63,319 nt of DNA, filler included, from Octopus bimaculoides (GCF_001194135.2; 6 parts of 4 records of this genome joined end to end with filler, not necessarily neighbours in it), one strand, 5' to 3'. Shown: positions 38,374-50,049, numbered from the whole stretch's first letter. Numbers and translations: made by a program. Notes: a model not told the origin generated them from the letters alone.

Positions 38374-38963
38374 TTATTACTGATTTATTTACTTTTCTTT
38401 CGCCTTCGTAGAAAATAAATACAATTTTTCTAAGAAACATTCATTCACTGAGGCAGAAAGAAAATACTTATGGTCGATATTCGATGGCTTTCACCGCAAA
38501 CTGTTTCTGAACCACGCCGAAATAATAGTCCATCCATTACACATGTGCAACATAATAATTACGGAATAGGGTAAACGGGAGAATTGTGTTGTTGTGTACT
38601 GTTCATGCTTCACTTTATCTTTGAAGAATAGAAACCGAATGTTAAATATCGATTCTGACATCAGAATGAAGAAATTATTCAGAGCTAGGGAATGGGAACG
38701 AAACGAATACTATTCTACGGCGCCATGCTAAAATGTGATGTTTATTGTGAAATTGTCACGTGTTTTTGGATTACATTAAGTTATATATTAAACCAGTTTG
38801 TTGCAGAAAGTCGATAGAAATCGCTTTGGATACTTTTATCAACTGCGTAAAAACAGAAATATAACTGATGTTAAATACGGGTCTACGTGAAATGAAACCA
38901 ATTGAAAGAGGTAGATGTAATTGATGCGAAACAGAATATTATAATGATCGTTACATGATGTAC

Positions 38964-39054
38964 AACTATATATATATATATACAATTTACAGCAATGGAG
39001 TTATTGATGCGCGATGTTTTCATTGGTGTGTGTTTTGGATTCAATTTATAGCAT
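38964..39054 (-). pseudogene. Possible degenerate kelch-repeat exon
   Basis: TTCCAG acceptor, then CYKLNPKHTPMKTSRINNSIAVNCIYIYIV, with the same TPM-x-T-x-R...IYxV spacing as 42134-42234; lacks the Trp and a strong donor. Confidence 0.3.
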
Positions 39055-39239
39055 CTGGAACTAGTCAAAACCGTTATATTATTGCACTTGCTTGACAGAA
39101 ATGATGAATGTTGGAGAGGGAATTTTCGAAACTTAAATTGGCTCAAATATTGACTTCTGCTTCTTTTATCAACATTGAAACAAGAAAGGGCACACGGTTC
39201 TAATGATTCATCAGTCTTATTAATAACGATATTGATTTA

Positions 39240-39480
39240 AAATTTTGGCATAAAGCCAGCAAATTCTAGGGAGAGAGTAAGTCGATTATATAGAACCCAG
39301 TGCTTAGCTGGTACTTATTTTATAGACACCGAACTGGTGAAAGGCGAAGTCGAACTCGGCGGAATTTGAATTCAAAACGTAAAAGACCGACGAAATACCG
39401 CTCAGTTTGAGCTCAGAGTTTGAAGGCTGTTGAAGTGACGTTAAGCATTTTGCTTGGCGTGCTTACGATTCTACCAGCTC
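39240..39480 (-). mobile_element. SINE family D with a 3' rearrangement
   Basis: Reverse-complement family D core. Confidence 0.7.
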
Positions 39481-40252
39481 GTCGGACGATTCTACCTGGC
39501 GTCGGACGTTCTTTCCAGTCAATCAATGATTCCCACAGGTCTTAGAATATTCTGAGCAACAAGAGGAAGTACTGTCGTCCTGGTAACATAACACAAAGTA
39601 CAGGTTCAATTAACAGGGCTACGTTCTTTTGATAAATTTACTTGTGTTAACGTCACTTTCTCTGCCCTCACCTATTTATTGAAGTGGAACTTGTATAAGT
39701 CTATGAGAACCAGACTGATAATGATTTCCGCCGCTCACGACATTTTCCACCGAATACTATTGGTTCTTCCTGCTGTTCAGGATCCTTCCATGAAAGTAAA
39801 AATAAAGCATCGTATTAGACCCACCACCCTTCTTGCCAATCACATGACACGTACAGTGGAACAAAACCTGCATAAAATTACTTGAGGGAAATAAAATGCG
39901 TTACCTTCATCTTTCACACATAGAATCTTGTCTTTGTCGCCATGATTTTCCTCTTCCACGCGAACCTGTAGAATGTTATACGTTCCTTCATGTCACATAA
40001 CACGTGACTTGATTCATACATTGCGGCTTTTGTGTTTTGCGTTGCAGAAATAGTCTGGCTCCATTCTCCTCGCTAGGACGTTTTTCGTGAAACATTTCTT
40101 CAAAGGATCTTTTAATTTACTCACATACTCTCAAATCTATTTCTCATTAACGCTATTATTTTCCGAATACTTACTTGTCGGTTCTAAAACCGTCCTCTAC
40201 TAGCGGCTGTTTTCTTTTCTGTCACCGAGAACTAATTCGTTAATCCGCTCAC

Positions 40253-40357
40253 TGTTGGCCGTAAGAGCTGTGATTGAAGCGTTGAACTTCCAATAACAAA
40301 ATCTCTTTCCACACGTCATATTTAGATAGATCCCCGACACAAATCACTATCGTGTAA
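40253..40357 (-). CDS. Candidate kelch exon (phase 2-2)
   Basis: Acceptor TCTTTTTATCATCTAATCAG, donor CA|GTGAGC; open frame YTIVICVGDLSKYDVWKEILLLEVQRFNHSSYGQ with a W-x9-RFNHS kelch-like pattern. Confidence 0.45.
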
Positions 40358-40725
40358 CTGATTAGATGATAAAAAGACATTTTACACGATCTTTAAATTT
40401 GATCTAATAAATACTTTTGATGCGATTTCAATGGCTCAATGCAGTTACACAATATACACACTAGTTCCCTCGGAAAATTGTTAAATAGTAGGAAATGTCT
40501 ATGTAGAACATGAAAGGCCTTCTCGTATCGACTAAGCATATACGATCCTACTATGCTTTCAATATGGCACTCCTGTCTCCAACAAGTATTTATAAGAGAC
40601 GCGTTTCTAACAAAGCTTCAAGACGTATGAAGAAATCCAACTGACCTGTACCCATCAGACATAAGCAGACACTAATCTCAAGGCACCATCTTCATTGCTA
40701 TTCTGGTCCAGCACGGCGAACTTAC

Positions 40726-40738
40726 TATCTGAATCCAC
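40726..40738 (-). CDS. Candidate 13-nt microexon completing the kelch Gly-Gly (G|G-F-R)
   Basis: CTTCCTTCTCCAAAACAGACAG acceptor, ATA|GTAAGT donor; phase 1-2 fits both neighbouring exons. Confidence 0.4.
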
Positions 40739-41596
40739 CTGTCTGTTTTGGAGAAGGAAGCTAGCTACAATTAATTTGAAAAATGCTTATCACTGACGCC
40801 ACTGGAGTGACAATACTGAAAAATTATTTCTCGATTTACGTCACAAACAAATGGAAATATATAATATAACAACGTTTAACCCCTTAAATAGAGAGATCGC
40901 ATAATGAATTTACTTGATTACTACATGCTATAGAATCATGAATAAAATAATGGAAAGAACTGTAAGCATATCGTATGTCTTAACAAGATAACATCTAATA
41001 ATGACAACAATCTTTTGTATTTTTTTCTATATCTTTCAATCAAATCTATTCGACCCATGATATTTTAAAAAAGCGTACTCGTTATAAAAATGAAGGCCAC
41101 AATGAAGAGGTATTTTTTTCCTCTCAATAAATACTGTGACAAAACGTGACGTACCGACGTATGTGTACTTGTAGTTCAGAATGTGGCATTTTGAATTGTA
41201 TAAATAGAATTAAGAACTTTTGTGCAGTTACCTGAAGCAAAATAGATTTTCCTCCAATAATGGAATTTGTTGTTATTTTAACAAAATTTAACTACATGTT
41301 AAAGAAGCCGTGCATGCGAAGAAAGCAGACTTAATGTTTAGAACAGCGAAAAGATGATGTTGTTTCCACTGAAATCTCATTAAATTCAAACAAAAATAAT
41401 TTCAAAAACTATCGATTGTAGAAGCGGTTATATTTGTAGATAATTACCGACGAAAATACGTAAACTAACGGGAACGGAACGTGCTGTTCTTCTTTCTTTG
41501 TTTTTAAAGGAAACGAAATGCCTGATGCTTTATACATTATATCAGAGATTCTCCTGCATGATATGTGCGTGTGTATACGCGTGTGTGTGTTGCGGA

Positions 41597-41633
<37 letters not shown>

Positions 41634-42133
41634 AAGAGAGAGAGAGAGAGAAAGAGAGAGACAGAGACAGAGACAGAGAGACACAGAGAGAGTGAGAGAG
41701 AGAATTCATTTTAATAAAAAGAAGCAAAATGAAAACAATATGAAGAAAAATAGTAAACTATTTTCCAAATCTCAATGTGAACAGGACTGAATTGTGTATT
41801 GGTGAAATATTTTGATGCAACTCGCTAATCATCGTACATATAATTGAGAGTAAAATTGCTATGCCATTTGAGAATCTGGGGGGGGGGCAAAGTTTGTTTT
41901 TGTATAATCAAGAATATGGTGAATCTAATAAAATAGAATAAGAAAATTTTGCATATTCCAATGTCCTGTTTGTTCCGTTTCCTGTTGAAAATGTCTTTTG
42001 ACTTACATCCCGTTTCGGGAATTGTGGGAGACGGTGCTGCTTCAAAGATGCGCAGAACACCCGATATTTACAATAACATCAGTTAAGCGAAAAAAAAAAT
42101 AAATAAAAATAAGCGTGTAAGGAATGAACTTAC

Positions 42134-42234
42134 CAACAACGTATATTACATTATCTTTAACACAAGCTGAAAATCTCATTCTCGGTGTAGGCATTGGTGT
42201 TCTTTTGCTCCACGTGCCATCTTTAGGATTATAA
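42134..42234 (-). CDS. Kelch-repeat exon
   Basis: GATACAG acceptor, GTTG|GTAAGT donor; encodes YNPKDGTWSKRTPMPTPRMRFSACVKDNVIYVV(G), a canonical kelch blade. Confidence 0.85.
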
Positions 42235-42449
42235 CTGTATCATATAATAAATAATAGATTTATGTTAATCTTTTACGGTCAAAGTTAAATGTTTATACTT
42301 TGGACATTTCAACTATTACTTTTAGCAATGTATCCTTTAAGTACAGTACTTGTTATCAATATATGAACATATTGCACATGCATCTGTCTGTATGCAGCAG
42401 TTGTAAAGCGGTAGTGGGGTGACAAGCACATGCGCGCGCACATACACAA

Positions 42450-42620
42450 ACATACATGCGCGCGCACACATTTTCCGTCTATCAAATTCACTTGAAAGGC
42501 TGTGGTCGGCTCGGGGCTCTAGTAAGAAGACAATTGTCGAAGGAGCTGTGCAGTGGGACTGAACTTGATATCATGTGATAGCAAAAGGATCTTCTTTACC
42601 ACACAACCATACCTGCGCCC
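42450..42620 (-). mobile_element. SINE family A 5' half
   Basis: Reverse-complement head and core. Confidence 0.75.
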
Positions 42621-43202
42621 TCGGGATTGGGTATTTACGGATGATTGATAAAGTATTTCCTATGCAAAAACCCAAACCATCATTACTGAGAAAATGAAAA
42701 GAAATATTTTGCATATCCGTGTATGTTAGATAACAACTAATTAGTTTATGCATACGTGAGTGCACGTATGTGTGTGAGAGAGAAAGTGTGTTATTTCCTA
42801 CGCTTCTGGGATGGGTGGCTATAAAACAACTGCTTTTTCATGGAGGTGGAGTCGTTGGTAGAGAAGGTAAATCGACGGGCGATTATACGGAATTAGAAAT
42901 CCATGAAAAGCATCAGCGTTTCTGCCGACGATACAAAAGCATTTAAGATCTTCACGACAAAACCTGAAATTAAAAGTCATTAAGTCATGATATTGCGGGA
43001 TTAAGTTTCACTTGAGACATCAATATGCGCACACAGATTTGTATGCCCCGTAAATATTGACTGTCCAGAGGCCTTGTTGTCACTAAAATCTCATATATCT
43101 GGAGAGTTCTCATATATCTAGGTGCACTTATTAACGAAAGGCTGTGATACATTCGTTAAGCCGATTCAATTCAAATATGCCGTCAATATGTTTTTGTTAA
43201 AA

Positions 43203-44180
43203 ACGCGGCGAGCTGGCAGAAACCTTAGCACGCCGGGCGAAATGCTTAGCGGTATTCCGTCTGCCGTTTACGTTCTGAGTTCAAATTCTGCCGAGGTCGA
43301 CTTTGCCTTTCATCCTTTCGAGGTCGATTAAATAAGTACCAGTTACGCACTGGGGTCGATATAATCGACTTAATCCNNNNNNNNNNNNNNNNNNNNNNNN
43401 NNNNNNNNNNNNNNNNNNNNNNNNNNNNNNNNNNNNNNNNNNNNNNNNNNNNNNNNNNNNNNNNNNNNNNNNNNNNNNNNNNNNNNNNNNNNNNNNNNNN
43501 NNNNNNNNNNNNNNNNNNNNNNNNNNNNNNNNNNNNNNNNNNNNNNNNNNNNNNNNNNNNNNNNNNNNNNNNNNNNNNNNNNNNNNNNNNNNNNNNNNNN
43601 NNNNNNNNNNNNNNNNNNNNNNNNNNNNNNNNNNNNNNNNNNNNNNNNNNNNNNNNNNNNNNNNNNNNNNNNTTTACCTTTCATCCTTTCAGGGTCGATA
43701 AATTAAGTACCAGTTGCGTGCTGGCGTCGATCGAATCGACTGGGCACCTAGTCCAAAAATTCAGGCCTTGTGCCTAGAGTAGAAAAGAATATGTTTTGTT
43801 AAAAAGGCGGAGAGCTGGCAGAAAAGTTAGCATGCCGGGAGAAATGCTTAGCGGTATTTCGCCTGCGGTTACGTTCTGAGTTCACATTCCGCCGAGGTCG
43901 ACTTTGCCTTTCATCCTTTCGGGTCGATGAATTAAACACCAGTTGCGTACTGGGTCGATCTAATTGACTGGACCCCTCCCCCAAAATTTCAAGCCTTGTG
44001 CCTTGAGTAGAAAAGAAACGTTAATATGCCAGACAAAATACTTGGCGGTATTTTGAATTCTTTCTTTCTGAGTTCAAATTCCCCACATGTCGACTTTGTC
44101 TTTTTTCCTTTCGAAAATAAGCACTACTTGAACACTGGGGTCAAGGTAATCGATTATCCCGTCTCCACAAATTTCAGGCA
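43203..44180 (+). mobile_element. Cluster of at least three or four tandem SINE family D copies (one gap inside)
   Basis: Units at about 43203-43376, 43673-43787, 43804-44016 and 44017-44180; spacer AATATGTTTTTGTTAAAAA repeated. Confidence 0.85.
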
Positions 44181-44184
44181 TCGT

Positions 44185-44500
44185 GCCCAGAGATGAAAAG
44201 GGGCGCTACATCATTTGTGTTATGTGGAAAATATTCCATCAATATTGCAGATATGATGTTGGCATCAATTTTAAAATCCATCCAAGACTTGGCCTCCGTG
44301 CTATCCACCTACTACAAAAATCGAACTCAGTACACACAACAACATTACGTCACAATTACTTTATCTCAACTGGTCCATAGCAAAATACGTCAAAACGGAA
44401 ACGGATCCCATAGAATTCAAATGTTCACTGGACAAATTTCTTCAAAATATCCCTGACCCCGATATATCTCCAACAATAATAACTCTTTGCTAGAATGGGC
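44185..44500 (+). mobile_element. CR1/Crack-like LINE 3' end
   Basis: HNYFISTGP..., DPIEFKCSLDKFLQNIPD, NNNSLLEW. Confidence 0.65.
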
Positions 44501-45348
44501 CATGGCGTCCCATATATTACTAAAAGACTTCACCGGGTGGTGCTATTCAGTTAGACATATCCTGGGCCTCTACTGGCCAAAACCTATCAGAGTTATCAAA
44601 GTTATTTATGGTATTGATGGTAAAATGCCCAAAACATTAAGAAATATTTTAACTGTGACATGTAAAAATATGCATGAAAATCCGAAAGTTATTTTTGCTA
44701 AATTATATACAACAATATCGTATTTGGAAATCTGGTGAATGTCTAATGCGAAATATTTTATTATCCATTATTATTAATTCATTATTTGAACATTTCAATT
44801 TCTGGACACAATTTTATTTTGAAATTTTACTTGCATGGTTGTGTCAGATTATCAGAGCTGACAAAGAATAATTGTAGTATAATTTGTTTAAGGTTTAAGT
44901 TGTTAAAAGGTAAATAATAATTCAATTATCGTCTAACAGATTTCTCTAATATTTTTGATTAAGATGACAGTATTTCATTCCCTGAAATTGTTGTAAAACA
45001 CGTAACAAAATAAATATTTAATATCGATTAAAAGTTTGACGTCACGATATCATGGGATTTTTATGTGGAACGAAATTACTTGGAAGGCTTGTAAATTTTA
45101 AATCTATTCATCCATCAAGCTGTTATATGCAATGATAAGAGATGAGTTGAAATAGAAAGCAGATCAACGGGGAATTATAGCGGTTTACAAATCTTGCTGT
45201 TGCAGCAGATTTGACAGGGGAGCATGCATAATGCAGATTAGCGTTTGAAGTAGAAACTGGCAGAAAGAGAAAGTAAAAATTCATATCGCGGTAGGGAATC
45301 GTGATCTTGCGATAATGAACACGTCAAATAATGATATAGTTCATTTAC

Positions 45349-45401
45349 CTGTTAACAGCTTTGTCGATACCATGGTTAACTATACATGGGATATGATATT
45401 T
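45349..45401 (-). CDS. Kelch-gene exon upstream of 42234 (phase 0-2)
   Basis: Strong TTTCTTCTTTTTTTATTAG acceptor and CAG|GTAAAT donor; only one open frame (KYHIPCIVNHGIDKAVN), which splices in phase to give ..KAVNS-YNPKDGTW. Confidence 0.65.
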
Positions 45402-45488
45402 CTAATAAAAAAAGAAGAAAAGACCCACAGAAGTATAAAACAATGCTGAATTCAAAGATGAGTCATTAATTATCTACAACGCACTTAC

Positions 45489-45774
45489 GTGGAGGTGCAA
45501 TGTCCCAGTGGTTAGGGCAGTGGACTCGAGGTCTTAGGAACGCGGTTTCGATTCGATTCCCAGACCGCGCGTTGTGAGTGTTTATTGAGCGAAAACACCT
45601 AAAGGTCTACGAGGCTCCGGCAGTGGTGGTGGCGAACCCAGCTGTACTCTTTCACCAGAACTTTCTCTCACTCTTTCTTCCTGTTTCTGTTGTACACATG
45701 TCTGCTCAGCCAATTTCATGTTAATTGATCGGATCAACTGGAACCCACGCCATCGTAACCGATGGAGTTCCACG
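45489..45774 (+). mobile_element. SINE family B, internally deleted, with a 13-bp TSD
   Basis: TSD ACAA(C/T)GCACTTAC at 45476-45488 and 45775-45787. Confidence 0.88.
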
Positions 45775-45789
45775 ACAATGCACTTACAA

Positions 45790-46150
45790 AGTTTAGTTTT
45801 CCCTGTTGGTGATAAAATAAATCGCACTCATCCATTTAAGTGATCTTCCTCTAATCCCTGCGGTACATGTTTGAACTTGAAACGTCAATTTTGCTCAGTA
45901 TTTTATGGCTAAGATTGTTGTGGATGATTTTGTAAGCGTAAGCATAGCTGATTTTGCATATGTTTAACCAGTTTTAGATAGTTCCTTGTCTGTTCAACTA
46001 ATTCATCCCAGCCACTCGTTAAATGTTGCCATCCATCAACACAGGATTTTTCACCTATTCTTTTTTCAATCCATTCGGGAAAACTCACTGTCAGATACTT
46101 AGCTGAACGCTATTGATGAATTTCAGCGCTCGACTTAATCCCTTTGTCTG
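45790..46150 (-). mobile_element. Decayed CR1-like LINE 3' fragment
   Basis: YAYKIIHNNL and neighbouring remnants of the CR1 C-terminal region. Confidence 0.45.
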
Positions 46151-46199
46151 TCCTTGTTTGTCATCTGTATGTTTAGCACTTTGTGGGCAATAAAAGAAA

Positions 46200-46740
46200 T
46201 AAGAAACGTTAGCATGCCGGCCGAAATGTTTTGCGGTATTTCGTCTGTCTTTATGTTCTGAGTTCAAATTCTGCCGGGTCGATGAATTAAGCACCAGTTG
46301 CGTACTGGAGTCTATCTAATCGACTGGGCCCATCCACAAAAATTTCAGGCCTTGTGCCTAGAGTAGAAAAGAAACGTTAGTAACCCAGACAAATTACTTG
46401 GCGGTATTTCTTGCTACATACTTGCACTCCATCGGTTACGATGACAAGGGTCGCGGTTGTTCCAATCAATGGAATATCCTGCTCGTGAAATTAATGTGCA
46501 AGTGGCCGAGCACTCCACAGACACGCGTTCCATTAACGTAGTTCTCAGTGAGTTTCCACGTAACACAGTATGTGACAAGGTTGGCCTTTTGAAAGGTAGT
46601 ACGCATTCGTGCCAATGGAGCCGACTGGAACAAAGTGGAATGAAGTGCCTTGCTCAAGGACAGCACTTGCCGCTGGGAATCGAACTCATGACCCTACAAT
46701 CATGAGCCAGATATCCTAACCACTAAGCCACGCGTCATCA
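46200..46740. mobile_element. SINE family D (+, about 46200-46410) abutting SINE family C (-, about 46415-46740)
   Basis: Both are colinear with other copies in the window. Confidence 0.8.
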
Positions 46741-46753
46741 CTTGACCATGCAC

Positions 46754-46790
<37 letters not shown>

Positions 46791-46844
46791 GGGAGAGAGA
46801 GAGAGAGAGAGAGAGATAGATAGAGAGAGAGAGAGAGAGAAGTA

Positions 46845-47460
46845 TCGGATCTTTTTTAAAACGGGGGCCACATTTTTCATTAACGAAACACTTTGAAACT
46901 TGGAACACTGGTAGAATGTGTCATATAAAACATCTTTTTCTCTTAGTCTTCTTAAAAAAAAAAGAAATCCATAAATTATTCCATGTTAAAGTTGTCGTAT
47001 TTCTGTAATTTCAACCAATCACTGACGNNNNNNNNNNNNNNNNNNNNNNNNNNNNNNNNNNNNNNNNNNNNNNNNNNNNNNNNNNNNNNNNNNNNNNNNN
47101 NNNNNNNNNNNNNNNNNNNNNACCCTAACCCTAACCCTAACTCTAACCCTAACCCTAACCCTAGGGTTAGGATTAGGGTTAGGGTTAAAGCAAATTTAAA
47201 ATGAAAAAAGCAAATAAAACGAAGAATCGTTTGTTTATGTAGTCGGCACTTAATGTATATCGGCTGAATAGACGTCAGTGATTGGTTGAAATTATCGAAA
47301 TAACACAATTTTTTACATGAAATAAATTCGAATACAAAAATATTTTTCTGTTCTATAACACAAAATAGATAAGTATACGAAGTTTGAAAGTCTTTCGGTA
47401 CCAAAAACACTACGTAAAACATTAATGAAAAATGTGACCCCCGTTTTAAAAAAGATCCGA
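46845..47460. mobile_element. Non-autonomous TIR element with an AGTA TSD containing an inverted telomeric-repeat palindrome
   Basis: TIRs of about 38 bp (TCGGATCTTTTTTAAAACGGGGG(C/T)CACATTTTTCATTAA); AGTA at 46841-46844 and 47461-47464; internal inverted repeat AATTTCAACCAATCACTGACG; (CCCTAA)n(TTAGGG)n at 47122-47187. Confidence 0.85.
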
Positions 47461-47811
47461 AGTATCACTATACCCCGCTTTTCTTTGGAATAAACAGAAA
47501 ATAGATCGGCCATGGTTGAGACGCTATAACAACGGCAATTTCATGTTTAAACATGTAGCGTAGTGATTAATGGAAAATTACGTCGTCATATGAGCACAAC
47601 TAATTTTCCCTGCACAGGTAGAATGAATAATTGTAAATTTATCGTGGATAATTAATAATTCATGAATGAAGTTTCTGAAACCCTCAGACTGTCGTGTTTA
47701 ATGAATGTTTTCATATACGAACAAAGGGCTTTTATTTCGTTCTGTATAACAAGTGCTCCACGGCGTTCTTTATGAAAACTGTTAGTTCTCGTAGAGACCA
47801 GTTTGTCTCAC

Positions 47812-47873
47812 TTGCAAATGTGTACCGTAAGTGATACAACTCATTACTGTTTGCTAAGCGGAGATGCTCTCAA
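47812..47873 (-). CDS. Candidate first coding exon of the kelch gene (ATG at 47844)
   Basis: ATTTCACAG acceptor, CAA|GTGAGA donor; MSCITYGTHLQ ends in phase 0, matching the 45401 exon. Confidence 0.35.
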
Positions 47874-48096
47874 CTGTGAAATATTAATTCAAGGCAGATT
47901 TATTTAAAACGGACTGTCGTGAGGGAGGAAATACAGGCCCTCCATTTTCCTTTTAACATTTGCATCAATCTTTTACTGTCTTGACTGATCTAGTTGATTA
48001 AACATTATATCATTACACATTGTCCAGGGATGTGCCACTTAAACTTTTACTGGTCCAATCATCTTAGTTGCGAAAATATAGTAATTAGAAGGAGCA

Positions 48097-48415
48097 CTTT
48101 GTCGGTTAAGACGACGAGGGTCCCAGCTGATCCGATCAGCGGAACAGCTTGCTCGTGAAATTAACGTACAAGTGGCTGAGATCTCCACAGACACGTGTAC
48201 CCTTGACGTAGTTCTCGGAGAGATTCAGCGTGACACAGAGTGTGACAAGGCTGGCTCTTTGAAATACAGGTACAGCTCATTTTTGCCAGCTGAGTGTACA
48301 GGAGCAAAGTGAAATAAAGTGCCTTGCTCAAGGACAGAACGCGTCGCCCGGAATTGAACTCACGACCTTACGATCGTGAGCCGAATGTCCTAACCACTAA
48401 GTCACACGCCTTCAC
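48097..48415 (-). mobile_element. SINE family C with the family B tail, full length
   Basis: tRNA head, V-like domain and shared ..CCCTCGTCGTCTTAACCGAC tail. Confidence 0.85.
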
Positions 48416-48490
48416 CACAGTAATTATAGTTTGTGTAAAATCTGTACAATGGATGTTTATTGTATTATTACGCAGAACTGAGTTAGTATA

Positions 48491-48751
48491 CATTATTTAC
48501 ATTGGACGGATATGTGACCTCATCTTGTTTGTTGTTACCGCAACACTCCAGCCTTCATCAGGTGTCCTGGTAGAATGTTCAACCTAGCCTTGGTTTCTCA
48601 TTCCTAAAGTATTTTTTGTTGATATTATTATTATTATTATTATTATTATTGTTCAGTAGTTTTATTTTTATAACGTGCTTTCACTTCACTACAGAGCTCA
48701 GCTCTGTGTGCCTTGGGTATGTGCTGTGATGCTCTTATTGTTACTGTATTG

Positions 48752-48795
<44 letters not shown>

Positions 48796-48925
48796 TATTC
48801 TAGGAACTGCCTCGAATTGAACTCGTAATCTGGGGAATAGTAGCCTGCGCTCTTAACCATTCCGTTTGTTTGCTGTATTAACAACAAACAAGATGACTAC
48901 ACATATCCGTCTAATGTAAATAACG
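48491..48925 (-). mobile_element. tRNA-headed SINE-like element with a hammerhead remnant and inverted terminal copies of its 3' end
   Basis: Minus strand: head TGGTTAAGAGCGC..GAGTTCAATTC (48865-48800), (AAT)n, module, GACACCTGATGAAGGCTGG (GAAAC deleted), tail; the tail is repeated in inverted orientation at 48878-48925. Confidence 0.8.
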
Positions 48926-49479
48926 TTCCTGAAATAAATAAACTTAAATATTTGGAGGTGTCATCTTTTAACAAAACTACTGCAACATAATATCTTAGTC
49001 AGTCGCATCATCACAATATCAATAAACGTAGAACAGTTAGAAGAATAATTACTTTTAAGAATCCAGTAAATTCTACTTTAATGGAACATCAATTAAAGTC
49101 AAGTCTAATTAGATTCTTCCGAAGATAAAAGTTTAATATAAGACAGTAATAAAATTTGTACTTGTAAGTTTTTGCTCCTGCTGAATTGCTATATCTGGTT
49201 ATCCTGCACTAAATCTATAGGAGTGGCTGTGTGGTAAGAAGCTTCCTTTCCTCACTACAGTGAAGAGGTAGTTTTTACTGGCTCCTGGTAAGCGTTTTGT
49301 TGTTATTGGATTTCTTGCTGTTGAACGAAGAATTATTGTAGAAAAATTGTTGAACTGTTCTACCGGGGAATAATTACAAAAATTATTGTAGTTGCTGGCC
49401 ATTGTGGCATTTTGTTGAAACATTTTATTTTATTTTGTGAACTCTGAATAGTCTTTCTAGACTATTTTTGTGCCCCTCC

Positions 49480-49503
49480 CCCTAACGCGGGTGGGATTCG
49501 AAC
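49480..49503 (-). other. tRNA-like T-arm/B-box fragment cut by a gap
   Basis: Minus strand GTTCGAATCCCACCCGCGTTA; the rest lies in Ns, so tRNA versus SINE cannot be decided. Confidence 0.35.
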
Positions 49504-50049
49504 NNNNNNNNNNNNNNNNNNNNNNNNNNNNNNNNNNNNNNNNNNNNTTAATTAATTAANNNNNNNNNNNNNNNNNNNNNNNNNNNNNNNNNNNNNNNNN
49601 NNNTATATTTACTTTTATATATATATATTTATTGCTCTTTTACTTTTTATATTTATATATAATTCTTATTTAGATTTTCAAATCACATATTGTAACTTTT
49701 TTTTCTGTTATGAATGAGTTACTCCGCGTGGGTCACCGGAGTGATATTTGATCATTTATAGAGTGTCTGAGTGTCAGTTTGTAATCTACGTAGGAGAGGG
49801 AAATCTCCGAAATAAAACCTCAAGCCTTGGAAGTTCCTGGTTTTGTCAATTTACATGTCACTCCAGCGCAAGTCTTCTTGGGTCAATAGGTGGGTGTAGT
49901 GCAGTGCAAGCTACACCCACTGAAAATTATTCATCTGCGCAGGTGCTTCCTGTACTACAAACCTTAGTAAAATCATTGAATTGCTTAGTTGACAGAAACC
50001 TAAAAATGCACTTGTAACTGACTCTAAAATGTTTCAAACAGATTCCGTA

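Noticed and set aside
39905-39965. 61-nt minus-strand exon-like segment (VRVEEENHGDKDKILCVKDE)
   Set aside because: The open frame needs phase 0, which does not fit the kelch chain; the phase-2 reading hits a stop. Left unassigned.
42007-42039. 30-33-nt minus-strand exon-like segment with a GTAAGT donor just after the kelch exon
   Set aside because: Splicing it in replaces the conserved Gly-Gly with Ala-Pro-Ser, and the acceptor is weak.
45790-46110. About 66 stop-free codons on the minus strand that could be a BACK-domain exon
   Set aside because: No good donor before the stop; overlapping frames show CR1 LINE remnants, and the nearby GTAAGT is part of a SINE TSD.
47122-47187. Relic of a telomere-telomere fusion
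   Set aside because: The orientation is CCCTAA then TTAGGG, opposite to a fusion, and it lies inside a TIR element.
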